Source of the DNA: an uncultured Bacteroidales bacterium
Lineage (GTDB): Bacteria; Bacteroidota; Bacteroidia; Bacteroidales; UBA932
Direction: 5' to 3'
DNA length: 64,000 nt
Assembly: GCA_944326305.1 (NCBI GenBank)
Contig: CALVDL010000006.1
Coordinates: 3,538-67,537, forward strand
Below, piece by piece: positions 21,045 through 30,562 of the stretch. The position numbers and the translations under genes are program-made. Within the stretch, counting starts at the first letter, position 1; each line of letters opens with the position of its first letter. The notes below the pieces were generated by a model. The model did not search any database, had not been told where the DNA came from, and saw only the letters and a program-made list of their open reading frames with translations.

Positions 21045-21754
21045 AAAAAAAGAAGATAGCAGTCCTCACCGGAGCCGGGGTGAGTGCGGAAAGCGGGATA
21101 AGCACTTTCAGGGACAGTGACGGCCTGTGGGAGAACTACAATGTGCAGGAAGTCGCATCCATTGACGGCTGGTACAGGAATCCGGGCCTGATGCTGGATT
21201 TCTACAATGCCCGCAGGGCGCAGCTTGCAACAGTGAAGCCGAACGGGGCACACTTGCTCATAGCAGCCCTTGAAAAGGACTATGATGTCACTGTGGTAAC
21301 GCAGAATGTCGACAACCTGCATGAAAGGGCAGGTTCGACACGCATTATCCACCTGCACGGCGAACTGACGAAAGTTCGCCCGGAAAACTGCTGCAACGAA
21401 ATGGACGGTTTTTCGGAAGCATCGGTGTTCGATATAGGATACGGAGAAATCCACATTGGCGACACAGCCCCCAACGGGGCACAGCTCAGACCGCACATTG
21501 TATGGTTCGGAGAAGCTGTCCCAAAAATTGAAAAGGCGATAGAGGAAGTAGAAAAGGCAGACATCATGCTGATAGTAGGGACATCGCTACAGGTCTATCC
21601 TGCGGCCGGGCTGTACAGATATGCCGGACCGGATACCCCTATATATATTATAGACCCGAAAGAAGTCCCTGTACACGATTCCAGAATCACACATATCAAA
21701 GATGTGGCTACAAAAGGAATGGAGGAATTCAAAAATATTTTGCAAATGAAATAA
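21041..21754 (+). CDS. cobB: NAD-dependent protein deacylase (class III sirtuin)
   Basis: LTGAGVSAESGISTFR, FYNARR (YxxR), TQNVDNLHERAG, HLHGEL, RPHIVWFGE and GTSLQVYPAA motifs. Confidence 0.95.
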   Translation: MKKKKIAVLTGAGVSAESGISTFRDSDGLWENYNVQEVASIDGWYRNPGLMLDFYNARRAQLATVKPNGAHLLIAALEKDYDVTVVTQNVDNLHERAGSTRIIHLHGELTKVRPENCCNEMDGFSEASVFDIGYGEIHIGDTAPNGAQLRPHIVWFGEAVPKIEKAIEEVEKADIMLIVGTSLQVYPAAGLYRYAGPDTPIYIIDPKEVPVHDSRITHIKDVATKGMEEFKNILQMK

Positions 21755-21768
21755 TTTGACTATCTTTG
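21739..21768 (+). promoter_or_regulatory. Housekeeping promoter for rpsU
   Basis: TTTG at 21739-21742, N18, TATCTTTG at 21761-21768. Confidence 0.65.
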
Positions 21769-21780
21769 CACCCGCAAATA

Positions 21781-21792
21781 AAAGGAGGTGAT
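21781..21792 (+). promoter_or_regulatory. Extended Shine-Dalgarno sequence of rpsU
   Basis: AAAGGAGGTGAT, complementary over 12 nt to the canonical 16S 3' end, ending 6 nt before the ATG at 21799. Confidence 0.85.
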
Positions 21793-21798
21793 TTAGCG

Positions 21799-21993
21799 AT
21801 GATTATAGTACCAGTAAAAGAAGGCGAGAATATAGAGAAGGCCCTGAAGAAATTCAAGAGGAAATTCGAAAAGACAGGCGCTATCCGTGAGCTCCGCGCA
21901 AGGAAAGCTTTCGTAAAGCCATCTGTAAAAAGAAGAGAGGAGATCAAAAAGGCCATCTATGTTCAGCACATGCAGCTGATGGACGAGCAGTAA
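21799..21993 (+). CDS. rpsU: 30S ribosomal protein bS21
   Basis: MIIVPVKEGENIEKALKKFKRKFEKTG...FVKPSVKRR. The start at 21799 follows the strong SD. Confidence 0.97.
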   Translation: MIIVPVKEGENIEKALKKFKRKFEKTGAIRELRARKAFVKPSVKRREEIKKAIYVQHMQLMDEQ

Positions 21994-22016
21994 TTATCTC
22001 CATAGACAGAAAGTTA

Positions 22017-22049
22017 GACAGGCTGACCTGGAAAGGGCCGGCCTGTTTT
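22017..22049. terminator. Terminator between convergent rpsU and MBL genes
   Basis: ACAGGCTGACC...GGGCCGGCCTGT stem followed by TTT. Confidence 0.55.
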
Positions 22050-22100
22050 CGTATTCGGGACTGACAGGAAACTGGTGCAGCATAATTCGTCTTGCTGACG

Positions 22101-22895
22101 CTAAAGTGTGAAAAATCCGGATGGCCGGGTGCGAGGAAGACAACGGACAGAGATTGTACCTTTTTCCGCTCCGGCAGCCTCGAGGGCTTCTTCAGCGGCC
22201 CTGTAAGCAAGCTCCGGAGTATTGTTGTTCTCACTGAGATGACACAGGAATATATTCTTCAGGCCAGAATGCCAGAAGCGGCGCACGGCCGATGCACACT
22301 CGTCATTGCTCAAATGCCCGTTCCCCTGCACGATACGCATCTTCAGGTCGTACGTATAAGGGCCGCCCATCAGCATATCCATATCATAATTGGACTCCAG
22401 GACCACGGTATCAGCCTGCCGGGCATACCCGATGGCTTCATCCGTCATCCGCCCAAGGTCTGTCATTATAACGAATCTGTGTCCCTTATAACCTATCGCA
22501 TAGCCCACAGTCTGCGTGGCATCATGAGGAACGATGAAATACCTCACACTCATTCCGCAGACCATACACTCACTATCATCGGGCAGTATCCGGCGGCATG
22601 ATGCTATATGATCTGAAGTGAAAGTATGCCTTGAAAGGGCCATATGGAGAAGTGCAGTCGTATACACCGGCTTGTGCAGCCTTTTGCAGAAAGACCCCAG
22701 ATGCCTGATATGGTCCAGATGGTCATGGGTAACAAGCACTGCCCCGAAAGAGTCCAGTGTCATCGCATTCTCCTCCAGAGCCTTTTTCAGGCGGCGCAGG
22801 CTGACCCCGGCATCTATGACTATACCGTTTTCCTCATCCCCGAAAAAATAGCAGTTGCCACAACTGCCGCTGGAAAAACTCATGAACCTGACCAT
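22101..22895 (-). CDS. MBL-fold metallo-hydrolase (YycJ/WalJ-like)
   Basis: SGSCGNC, IDAG, THDHLDH, VPHDA, TDLG, LESNYD, GHLSN and HLSENNN motifs. Confidence 0.9.
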   Translation of the reverse strand: MVRFMSFSSGSCGNCYFFGDEENGIVIDAGVSLRRLKKALEENAMTLDSFGAVLVTHDHLDHIRHLGSFCKRLHKPVYTTALLHMALSRHTFTSDHIASCRRILPDDSECMVCGMSVRYFIVPHDATQTVGYAIGYKGHRFVIMTDLGRMTDEAIGYARQADTVVLESNYDMDMLMGGPYTYDLKMRIVQGNGHLSNDECASAVRRFWHSGLKNIFLCHLSENNNTPELAYRAAEEALEAAGAEKGTISVRCLPRTRPSGFFTL

Positions 22896-22902
22896 CCCTC
22901 AA

Positions 22903-24921
22903 CTACTCCTCCTCACAATATTTCTTTATGACACTGTAGGCTTCAGCCACGCCGAGCTCCCCGGCACGGGAAAGGTCGATACAGCCTTTTTCCTTGTCTT
23001 TCAGATATATCAGCACAAGTCCCCTGTTATAATAGGCATCACCCATGTACGGATACAGATCAATAGCTTTAGTATAATTGTCTATCGACGCTATATGCTC
23101 CGCAGTCAGGCAGTACAAGTTCCCGAGATTGAAATAGATATAAGGAATGTCATCCACTATTTCACAGGCTGTCTTCATGTCGGCAATGGCTGTGGAATAG
23201 TCATATATCTGGCTCACCTGGTCCTTGACCCTGGCCCTTGTAGTCCCGGAATCATCCATTGTAAGCACCTGTACGTTGCTCTCGATAGACGATATGAAAT
23301 CTATCATCTCTGACCTGAGCACACCGCGGTTCATATAATAGAAGGCCTTGTAGAGACCGGCAATATCACCGGACTGCTCTGTTTCTATAGCGGAATCATA
23401 ATAGTTAAGGGCGGAATTGTACTGTCTTGAAAGGGTCTCGTAAAGGGCCTTCAGGAAGCTGTTCTGCCCGGAGCCTTCATCAGGCGCTCCATACAGCAGA
23501 TTCTCTATCTCCTGCTCTGATATGCCATTTCCGGTATATACAGTATCAGCGTTTGTAACCGCCACAGGTACAGCGGCATCCGCAATGAACCTGTCGACAA
23601 GAGGGTTCTCATACCTGCGCTGGAGCGCATACCGGGTATCCTCCCTGCTGTCTGCCAGCGTAAACCTGTACAGCGGTTTGAGGCGGATATCTATATCCCT
23701 GTGCTGAAGCAGCTCGTCATTGAAATCCTTCTTGGCGAAATCAGCGTCCAGAGCTATCAGTGAGCTGTATTTCTTGGTAGTGTCGGCAAATGAATCCGCA
23801 TTCTTCGAACTTGCATCCCTGTATTCCTGCACCTTCTTCTGGGCCGTGTCATAGTCCTGCTTGGAAGACTTGAAGTCCCCCAGCATATTTTTCACATAAG
23901 CCCTGTTCATATACGCCTTCGCAAAATCAGGATAAAGTTCGATGGCCTTGTCATAGTCCTCAAGCGCATCCTGATAGCGCTCCATCTCTATAAAGATAGA
24001 GGCACGGTTGAAGTACGCGAGCACATTCTCCGGATTGATGTTCAGGACCCTGTCCATATCCGAAAGAGCGTCCTCGTACGCCCCGACCTGGGCATTGATA
24101 AGCCCCCTGTTATAAAGGGTCAGGGCATTCCCCGGCTCATCTTTCAGAACACGGTTCAGATCCCGCATCGCCCCCATGTAGTCCTTCTGCTCATAGAGCA
24201 TTATGGCGCGGTTGAAATAAGCAAAAGTATTGGATGTATCAAGCTGGATTGCCTTGTCCATATCGGCTATCGCCTTCGTGTAGTCCCCCGAATCGGCATA
24301 GATACGGCCGCGGCGTATGTAGCCTTCGGGATCGTAACGGTCAAGCTGTATGGCCCTGTTGTAGTCATCCATTGCCCTTAGCGTATCCTTCAGGAACAGA
24401 TAGCTTGCCCCACGGTTCAGGTATGCGGACGGATCCTTGGGTTCTTTCCGGATGTATTTGTCGAAATCCGAGACGGCCTTGTCGAACTGTTGGGAAAGGA
24501 AGTATGTCACTCCCCTGCTGAAATAGAGGCCGATGTACCCGGGCCTGAGGCTGATCGCCTGCTGGAGATCGTCCAGAGCCTCATTGTATTTTCCTGCACG
24601 GCTCAATGTGATTGCCCTGTAATGGTATCCTGAAGTAAATACAGGGTTCAGCCTGACAGAAGTGTCGAAATCACTTTGCGCACCGCGTATGTCCCCGAGG
24701 TTGTACTTGGCTATTCCCCTGAAAAAGAAGGTCCAGTAATCAGTGGTGTCAAGACGCGCCAACACATTGAAATTTTCGATGGCCCTCGCATATTTACCTT
24801 CCGAAAGTGCCTGCCGTCCACGGAAAAAGAAGACATCCTTGTCATACTGGGCATACAGCTGGACAGCAGTCACCGCAAACAGCAGGACCGCTGCCAGGAT
24901 ATATTTTCTCAGGATACCCAT
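22903..24921 (-). CDS. Secreted tetratricopeptide-repeat protein
   Basis: 672 aa. Signal peptide and many TPR units (AYLNRGASY, AYFNRAI, AYYNRGL). Confidence 0.9.
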   Translation of the reverse strand: MGILRKYILAAVLLFAVTAVQLYAQYDKDVFFFRGRQALSEGKYARAIENFNVLARLDTTDYWTFFFRGIAKYNLGDIRGAQSDFDTSVRLNPVFTSGYHYRAITLSRAGKYNEALDDLQQAISLRPGYIGLYFSRGVTYFLSQQFDKAVSDFDKYIRKEPKDPSAYLNRGASYLFLKDTLRAMDDYNRAIQLDRYDPEGYIRRGRIYADSGDYTKAIADMDKAIQLDTSNTFAYFNRAIMLYEQKDYMGAMRDLNRVLKDEPGNALTLYNRGLINAQVGAYEDALSDMDRVLNINPENVLAYFNRASIFIEMERYQDALEDYDKAIELYPDFAKAYMNRAYVKNMLGDFKSSKQDYDTAQKKVQEYRDASSKNADSFADTTKKYSSLIALDADFAKKDFNDELLQHRDIDIRLKPLYRFTLADSREDTRYALQRRYENPLVDRFIADAAVPVAVTNADTVYTGNGISEQEIENLLYGAPDEGSGQNSFLKALYETLSRQYNSALNYYDSAIETEQSGDIAGLYKAFYYMNRGVLRSEMIDFISSIESNVQVLTMDDSGTTRARVKDQVSQIYDYSTAIADMKTACEIVDDIPYIYFNLGNLYCLTAEHIASIDNYTKAIDLYPYMGDAYYNRGLVLIYLKDKEKGCIDLSRAGELGVAEAYSVIKKYCEEE

Positions 24922-25009
24922 CTATGTTTATCTTATTTTTCCTAATTTTGGCCCGCATTTCCCGAACCAGGCGCAAATATAATCATTTATCATGCCCTAA
25001 CAGATAAAA

Positions 25010-26023
25010 ATGGATAAAAAAATCATCATATCCGCTGCCGCAGTCATTATACTGGCCCTCTCCGGCCCGTCTCCCGCAAAAGGGCAGAGCCCATGGGTAT
25101 CAAATGACACTCTGGCCCATAACTTAGTGTGGGCAGACAGGCTATACAGACAGGTGGAGTTCCTGTCCGGCAGCATGTGCAACGGAAGGGCGACAGGTTC
25201 CGCAGGCGGGAGCGAGGCGGCATTCTGGCTCATAAGGCATTTCAGGGAATCAGGCCTTATCGGACCCGGGACAGGATATGCAAGGCACATATATTCCGGA
25301 GATGGCATCGTCGGGCACAATATCATGGGAATGATTCCGGGCTCACGGAAGGAGCCGCGTGACTCCTATATAATAATAGGGGCGCACTATGACCATCTCG
25401 GTGTCCTCGACGGGAAAGTCTATCCGGGAGCCGACAGCAATGCGTCCGGTACTGTTGCACTTATAACCCTCGCTGAAATGTTCTCCTCTATGAAAATGCT
25501 CGGCAAGGCATACGGGAAAACCCTGATTTTCGTGGCATTCGACGGACAGTGCATGAATCTTTCCGGCTCATATTCCTTCTGGAGGATGGTAGAAAACGGG
25601 GACCTGAAAGATCCGCTGAGCGGAGAGACGATAACGAAAGACAAAATATCGCTAATGGTCAATATCGACCAGATCGGCTGCTCCCTGTCCCCCCTGCAGT
25701 CCGGAAGGAAAGACTATATGATAATGCTGGGGAACGACAGCCTGAAAGAGGAGGACCGCGGTAAGATCACACAGTGCAACCTGTTTTACGGGACAGACCT
25801 TGAAATATCCCACTCATACTATGGCAGCAAGGATTTCACAAGGATATTCTACACGCTTTCAGACCAGAGGGTGTTCATAGAAAACGGTGTGCCGGCTGTG
25901 CTTTTCACATCCGGCATCACCATGAACAACAATAAAACATATGACACGGCCGACACACTCGACTATGAAGTCATGCGCAGACGTGTCATCCTGATTTTCC
26001 ACTGGATAGAAAAAATGCTCTAA
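25010..26023 (+). CDS. M28 family peptidase homolog, probably catalytically degenerate
   Basis: M28 scaffold (GRATGSAG, IIGAHYDHLG, PGADxNASG, NIDQIG, GVPAVLF), but the ligand motifs read GADSNASG, FDGQC and SDQ, with no C-terminal His. Confidence 0.8.
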   Translation: MDKKIIISAAAVIILALSGPSPAKGQSPWVSNDTLAHNLVWADRLYRQVEFLSGSMCNGRATGSAGGSEAAFWLIRHFRESGLIGPGTGYARHIYSGDGIVGHNIMGMIPGSRKEPRDSYIIIGAHYDHLGVLDGKVYPGADSNASGTVALITLAEMFSSMKMLGKAYGKTLIFVAFDGQCMNLSGSYSFWRMVENGDLKDPLSGETITKDKISLMVNIDQIGCSLSPLQSGRKDYMIMLGNDSLKEEDRGKITQCNLFYGTDLEISHSYYGSKDFTRIFYTLSDQRVFIENGVPAVLFTSGITMNNNKTYDTADTLDYEVMRRRVILIFHWIEKML

Positions 26024-26251
26024 CGGCTGCCATTGCCGGCAGAAAGCAGCTTCCAAACGGCAGCGCTCAAAACAGCGCCTGTGAAAGGAGCCACAATGAA
26101 CAGCCAGAGCTGCTTGAGGGCGACGCCGCCTTCAAAAAGGGCTGGTCCCCATCCCTTCCTTGAAAGAGTTGGAACCGGTAGCGGTAGGACCGTCATGGGC
26201 ACCTGATGAGACCAGGGCAAACAGGATGGCAGAACCAATGACGGCTCCGAT
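26020..26251 (-). pseudogene. aqpZ: Aquaporin Z (MIP family) remnant with internal deletion
   Basis: One frame reads IGAVIGSAILFALVSSGAHDGPTATGSNSFKEG (mid-protein). It is joined near 26149, in another frame, to GPALFEGGVALKQLWLFIVAPFTGAVLSAAVWK (C-terminus). No N-terminal half and no NPA motif. Confidence 0.8.
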
Positions 26252-26434
26252 TTTTATTTGAGATTTTCATGTACCACCCCTTTACTGCTGGAAAACCTTC
26301 TGGATTGGAAATATTTATCCATAAATTGACAGGACAATTTTATTGTATTGGCATTAATTTATTTAATTTTGTAAAAAGATATTTTGAATTTTTACGATTC
26401 CATATAAACATTAATCACAAACTAATATTTCCAA

Positions 26435-28963
26435 ATGGACAGAAAAATTTTCACCGCGGTGTCAGTTCTTTTGGCATTTAGCATCTGCCTGTCTGCACAG
26501 GAGACCGATTTCGATCTTTCGTCCCAGAGACTTGAATCGCAGACCATCGCCAAAGTACCGGGATACAAGATTGACCATAAGGGGCTGGTGCTTAACCCTG
26601 TCCCTCATGAATTAACAATAGAGGGGGAAAAGACGCTGGATTTCTCTGCAGGGTTCAATGTAAAGGACAGGAAAAAAGCTTTCAGCGGAGACCTCGCTTT
26701 CCTGAAGCAGGACAAAAAAGGCCTTCCTCTGTCTATAGGCTTCGGCGAAAAGGAGGCGGTGAAAGCAGGGGTCAAGGCGCTTGACGGAGCATACAGGCTG
26801 ACCGTATCCGAAAAGGGCATAGCAATAACCGGGTATAATGAGAGAGGGGCGTTCTATGGACTTCAGACCCTGAAGCAGATACTCGCAAGCGGGAAGCTGC
26901 CTTATGCGGATATACACGACTGGCCTGACATGAAATACCGGGGCGTGGTGGAAGGTTTCTACGGCACGCCATGGTCACACGAAGTAAGGACTTCCCTGAT
27001 AGATTTTTACGGAGCCAACAAGATGAACACCTACCTTTACGGGCCGAAGGACGACCCATATCACAGCTGCCCTAACTGGAGGCAGCCATACCCGGAAGAC
27101 CAGGCCAGGAACATCAGTGACCTGGTACAGGCCTGCAGGCGCAACCGGGTAGATTTCGTGTGGGCCATCCATCCGGGCCAGGACATAAAATGGAACGAGG
27201 AAGACTACGGGAACCTCCTGAACAAATTCAACCTGATGTATGATCTCGGAGTGAGGTCTTTCGCAATCTTTTTCGACGACATTTCCGGAGAAGGCACGAA
27301 CCCGACAAAACAGGCAGAGCTGCTGAACAGGCTGAACGCCGAATTCGTAAAGGAGAAGGGGGACGTACAGCCTCTGATTGTATGCCCTACCGACTATTCG
27401 AAACTGTGGGCCAATCCGGGCCCGAACGGAAACCTGGCAATCTACGGGCAGATACTCGACCCGAGCATCGATGTATTCTGGACCGGAGACTATGTGTGCA
27501 GTGACCTGACCAGGGAGACAATGGAATGGGTCAACTCAAGAATCAGAAGGCCGGCACTCTACTGGTGGAATTTCCCTGTGACCGACTATGCCCGCCATAT
27601 AATCATGCAGGGACCGGCATACGGTCTTGAGCCGTCTCTCACATATAAGGAACTGCGCGGCATGGTAAGCAACCCTATGGAACATGGCGAGGCATCTAAA
27701 ATCGCACTCTACGGAGTGGCCGACTACTGCTGGAACGCAGCAGGATACAACGCTTTAGACAACTGGGAAAGAGGTCTGGCGGCACTTGTCCCGGAAGCTA
27801 CGGACGCATACAGGACCTTCGCCATCCACTCCTGCGACACAGAGACAGGATACAGGAGAGACGAATCCTGGGAGACAGAGACCTTCCTTGTGGACAACTA
27901 CACCCGTGAGCAATACGACGCCCTGCTCGCAGAATTCAGGAAAATCAAGGAAGTGCCTGCACAGATGGAGGCAGGATGCACCGACAGGCTCCTGCTGGAA
28001 GAACTCCGCCCTTGGCTGGTGGAATTCGGAAGGCTCGGGGAGCGCGGGGAAAAGGCCCTCGGGCTCATAAGGCTGCTGGAAGAAGGGAAGACAGAAGAGT
28101 TCTGGACAGAATATACATCCAACCTCATGACTGCAGACAGGCTGGCATCATACAATGCGCATAAATGCGGCACATTCAAGCTCCAGCCTTTCTATGAGAA
28201 CGCCATGGATGACCTGGGAATCATGTTCTACGAGAAGCTTTCAGGGGAAAAATCCTCTGTGGTACGCGGGATAGGGTCCTTCAACAACTCTTTCTCCACA
28301 CAGACGAAACTCATGTTCGACAACGACTCCACCACATACTACACATCGGGAACAGCGCAGAGCAAAGGCTCGTGGATCGGGGTTGACCTCTGTTCTGCAG
28401 TCCCTGTAGAAGAGATATTCATCCTCCAGGGACGCAATTCAACGGATGATGTGGACTACTTCGACCATGCGGCCCTGCAGTACTCGGCCGACGGGAAGAC
28501 TTGGCACACGCTGATAGACGACATGCAGAAACAGTATGTCATAAAATGGGAGGGAGAGCCGGTGCAGGCGCGCTTCGTGAGGCTCCTGAGGCTTGACTCC
28601 CCGAAACAGAACTGGGCATCTGTCCGTACATTTGAAGTCAATCCGGCCAAACCGGGGAATCTCGGGTTCCAGATACAGGCCGCCGACCCTCAGGCCGCAG
28701 TGGACGCCTTCGACAAGGATGTCCAGTCATTCTACAGGTGTGAAGGGACCCTCTCTTTCGGACTTGCTGAAGGAAGCAGGTCACTGACTCTGCTTACAGG
28801 GGACGGCGGCGGATTCACTGTAAAGCAGTTAGACAAAGACGGCAATGAAATCCTGTCAAGCACCCGCAGCGGGGCATTCACATCGGTGGAACTGGCTCCG
28901 GAAACGGCTGGAGTGACCATTGACGGCACAGCCGACATCTATGAGATCATTTTCAACAAATAG
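26435..28963 (+). CDS. GH84 beta-N-acetylglucosaminidase (O-GlcNAcase/hyaluronidase-like) with C-terminal F5/8-type (CBM32-like) modules
   Basis: Signal peptide, RGVVEGFYGTPWS, YLYGPKDDPYH, catalytic FFDDI, WWNFPVTDY and SNPMEHGEASK motifs. Confidence 0.93.
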   Translation: MDRKIFTAVSVLLAFSICLSAQETDFDLSSQRLESQTIAKVPGYKIDHKGLVLNPVPHELTIEGEKTLDFSAGFNVKDRKKAFSGDLAFLKQDKKGLPLSIGFGEKEAVKAGVKALDGAYRLTVSEKGIAITGYNERGAFYGLQTLKQILASGKLPYADIHDWPDMKYRGVVEGFYGTPWSHEVRTSLIDFYGANKMNTYLYGPKDDPYHSCPNWRQPYPEDQARNISDLVQACRRNRVDFVWAIHPGQDIKWNEEDYGNLLNKFNLMYDLGVRSFAIFFDDISGEGTNPTKQAELLNRLNAEFVKEKGDVQPLIVCPTDYSKLWANPGPNGNLAIYGQILDPSIDVFWTGDYVCSDLTRETMEWVNSRIRRPALYWWNFPVTDYARHIIMQGPAYGLEPSLTYKELRGMVSNPMEHGEASKIALYGVADYCWNAAGYNALDNWERGLAALVPEATDAYRTFAIHSCDTETGYRRDESWETETFLVDNYTREQYDALLAEFRKIKEVPAQMEAGCTDRLLLEELRPWLVEFGRLGERGEKALGLIRLLEEGKTEEFWTEYTSNLMTADRLASYNAHKCGTFKLQPFYENAMDDLGIMFYEKLSGEKSSVVRGIGSFNNSFSTQTKLMFDNDSTTYYTSGTAQSKGSWIGVDLCSAVPVEEIFILQGRNSTDDVDYFDHAALQYSADGKTWHTLIDDMQKQYVIKWEGEPVQARFVRLLRLDSPKQNWASVRTFEVNPAKPGNLGFQIQAADPQAAVDAFDKDVQSFYRCEGTLSFGLAEGSRSLTLLTGDGGGFTVKQLDKDGNEILSSTRSGAFTSVELAPETAGVTIDGTADIYEIIFNK

Positions 28964-28972
28964 GGATGCCTC

Positions 28973-30526
28973 ATGACAGGATATGCCAAAAGAATGATTT
29001 TCCTTTCCGGGGCAGCCGCACTCGCTGCTGCCCCGGCTCAGGAAACCGCCGCAAAAAAACAGAAGCCCAATATAATCTTCATCCTCTGCGATGACATGGG
29101 GTACGGTGACCTGGCCTGCTACGGGCAGAAATACATCAGCACCCCGAACATAGACAGGATGGCCGGGGAAGGGATGCGTTTTACACAGGCCTATGCCGGA
29201 AGTCCTGTAAGCGCCCCCTCCAGGGCAGCGCTCATGACCGGGCAGCACTCCGGACACGGGCATGTAAGGGGGAACAAGGAGTACTGGACAGACTCCCCGG
29301 TGACGCAGTACGGGGTGAACATGGACTATACGGTCACGGGGCAGGAGCCATACAGCCCCGACCACATCATCCTGCCGGAAATCATGAAAGAGAACGGGTA
29401 CACTACAGGCATGTTCGGCAAATGGGCCGGAGGCTATGAAGGCTCTTGCTCCACACCGGACAAGCGCGGGATAGATGAATTCTTCGGATACATATGCCAG
29501 TTCCAGGCGCACCTGTACTATCCCAACTTCCTGAACAGGTACAGCAAGGCCCTGGGGGACACCTCAACAGTCAGGATAACTCTGGAAGAGAACATCCGGT
29601 ACCCGATGTACGGGGAAGAATACAGGAAGCGCACCCAGTACTCGGCCGACTTGATACATGAGGCAGCTATGGAATGGCTGGCACGGCAAAGCGGGGATGT
29701 CCCTTTCATGGGCTTTTTCACGTACACCCTGCCGCATGCGGAGCTGGCGCAGCCGGAAGACTCCATACTTCTGGCATACAGGGAAAAGTTCTTTGAGGAC
29801 AAGACATGGGGAGGGAGTGAAGGATCCAGGTACAACCCCGCAGTGCACACACACGCGGAATTCGCGGCGATGATCACACGCCTGGACACTTATGTAGGGG
29901 AAATCCTCGGACTGCTCAAGGCGAAAGGTCTGGACAGAAATACCCTTGTCATCTTCACCAGTGACAACGGCCCGCATGAAGAAGGAGGGGCGGACCCTGG
30001 CTTCTTCGGCAGGGACGGCAAGCTCAGAGGGCTCAAAAGGCAGTGCTACGAAGGAGGGATAAGAGTGCCGTTCATAGCATGGTGGCCCGGCCACGTTCCA
30101 GAAGGGGTGACAAACGGGCACCAGCTTGCCTTCTATGATGTCCTCCCCACTTTCTGCGAGCTCGCAGGGGACAGGAAATACCCGGAAAAGTATCTTGGCG
30201 GAGACACCGACTGCTTTGACGGCATATCATTCGCCCCTACCCTTCTTGGTGACGAGGAAAACCAGCGGAAGCACAAGTTCCTTTACTGGGAATTCCACGA
30301 GACCGACCAGATAGGAGTAAGGGCCGGGGACTGGAAGATGGTGACAGTCAAGGGCAAGCCCAGGCTTTACAATCTCGCGGAAGACATACATGAAGACCAT
30401 GACATAGCAAAAGACCACCCGGAGATAGTGAAACGGATGACTGAAATCATCCACAGGGAACACCGTCCGAGCAGTCTTTTCAGAGTGACACTGCCGCCTT
30501 TGGAACAGTCCGGGACCGCAGATTAA
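28973..30526 (+). CDS. S1 family sulfatase, Ser-type
   Basis: PNIIFILCDDMGYGD, SAPSRAALMTG (SxPxR), FTSDNG and YEGGIRVP motifs. Confidence 0.93.
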   Translation: MTGYAKRMIFLSGAAALAAAPAQETAAKKQKPNIIFILCDDMGYGDLACYGQKYISTPNIDRMAGEGMRFTQAYAGSPVSAPSRAALMTGQHSGHGHVRGNKEYWTDSPVTQYGVNMDYTVTGQEPYSPDHIILPEIMKENGYTTGMFGKWAGGYEGSCSTPDKRGIDEFFGYICQFQAHLYYPNFLNRYSKALGDTSTVRITLEENIRYPMYGEEYRKRTQYSADLIHEAAMEWLARQSGDVPFMGFFTYTLPHAELAQPEDSILLAYREKFFEDKTWGGSEGSRYNPAVHTHAEFAAMITRLDTYVGEILGLLKAKGLDRNTLVIFTSDNGPHEEGGADPGFFGRDGKLRGLKRQCYEGGIRVPFIAWWPGHVPEGVTNGHQLAFYDVLPTFCELAGDRKYPEKYLGGDTDCFDGISFAPTLLGDEENQRKHKFLYWEFHETDQIGVRAGDWKMVTVKGKPRLYNLAEDIHEDHDIAKDHPEIVKRMTEIIHREHRPSSLFRVTLPPLEQSGTAD

Positions 30527-30562
30527 CCGGCAGTGGACTGTTCCGGGAAAACCGGCAAAGTG

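Noticed and set aside
21041-21754. CobB lacking the four-Cys zinc ribbon as a novelty
   Set aside because: Zinc-less CobB variants are, to my knowledge, usual in Bacteroidota, and the catalytic motifs are intact.
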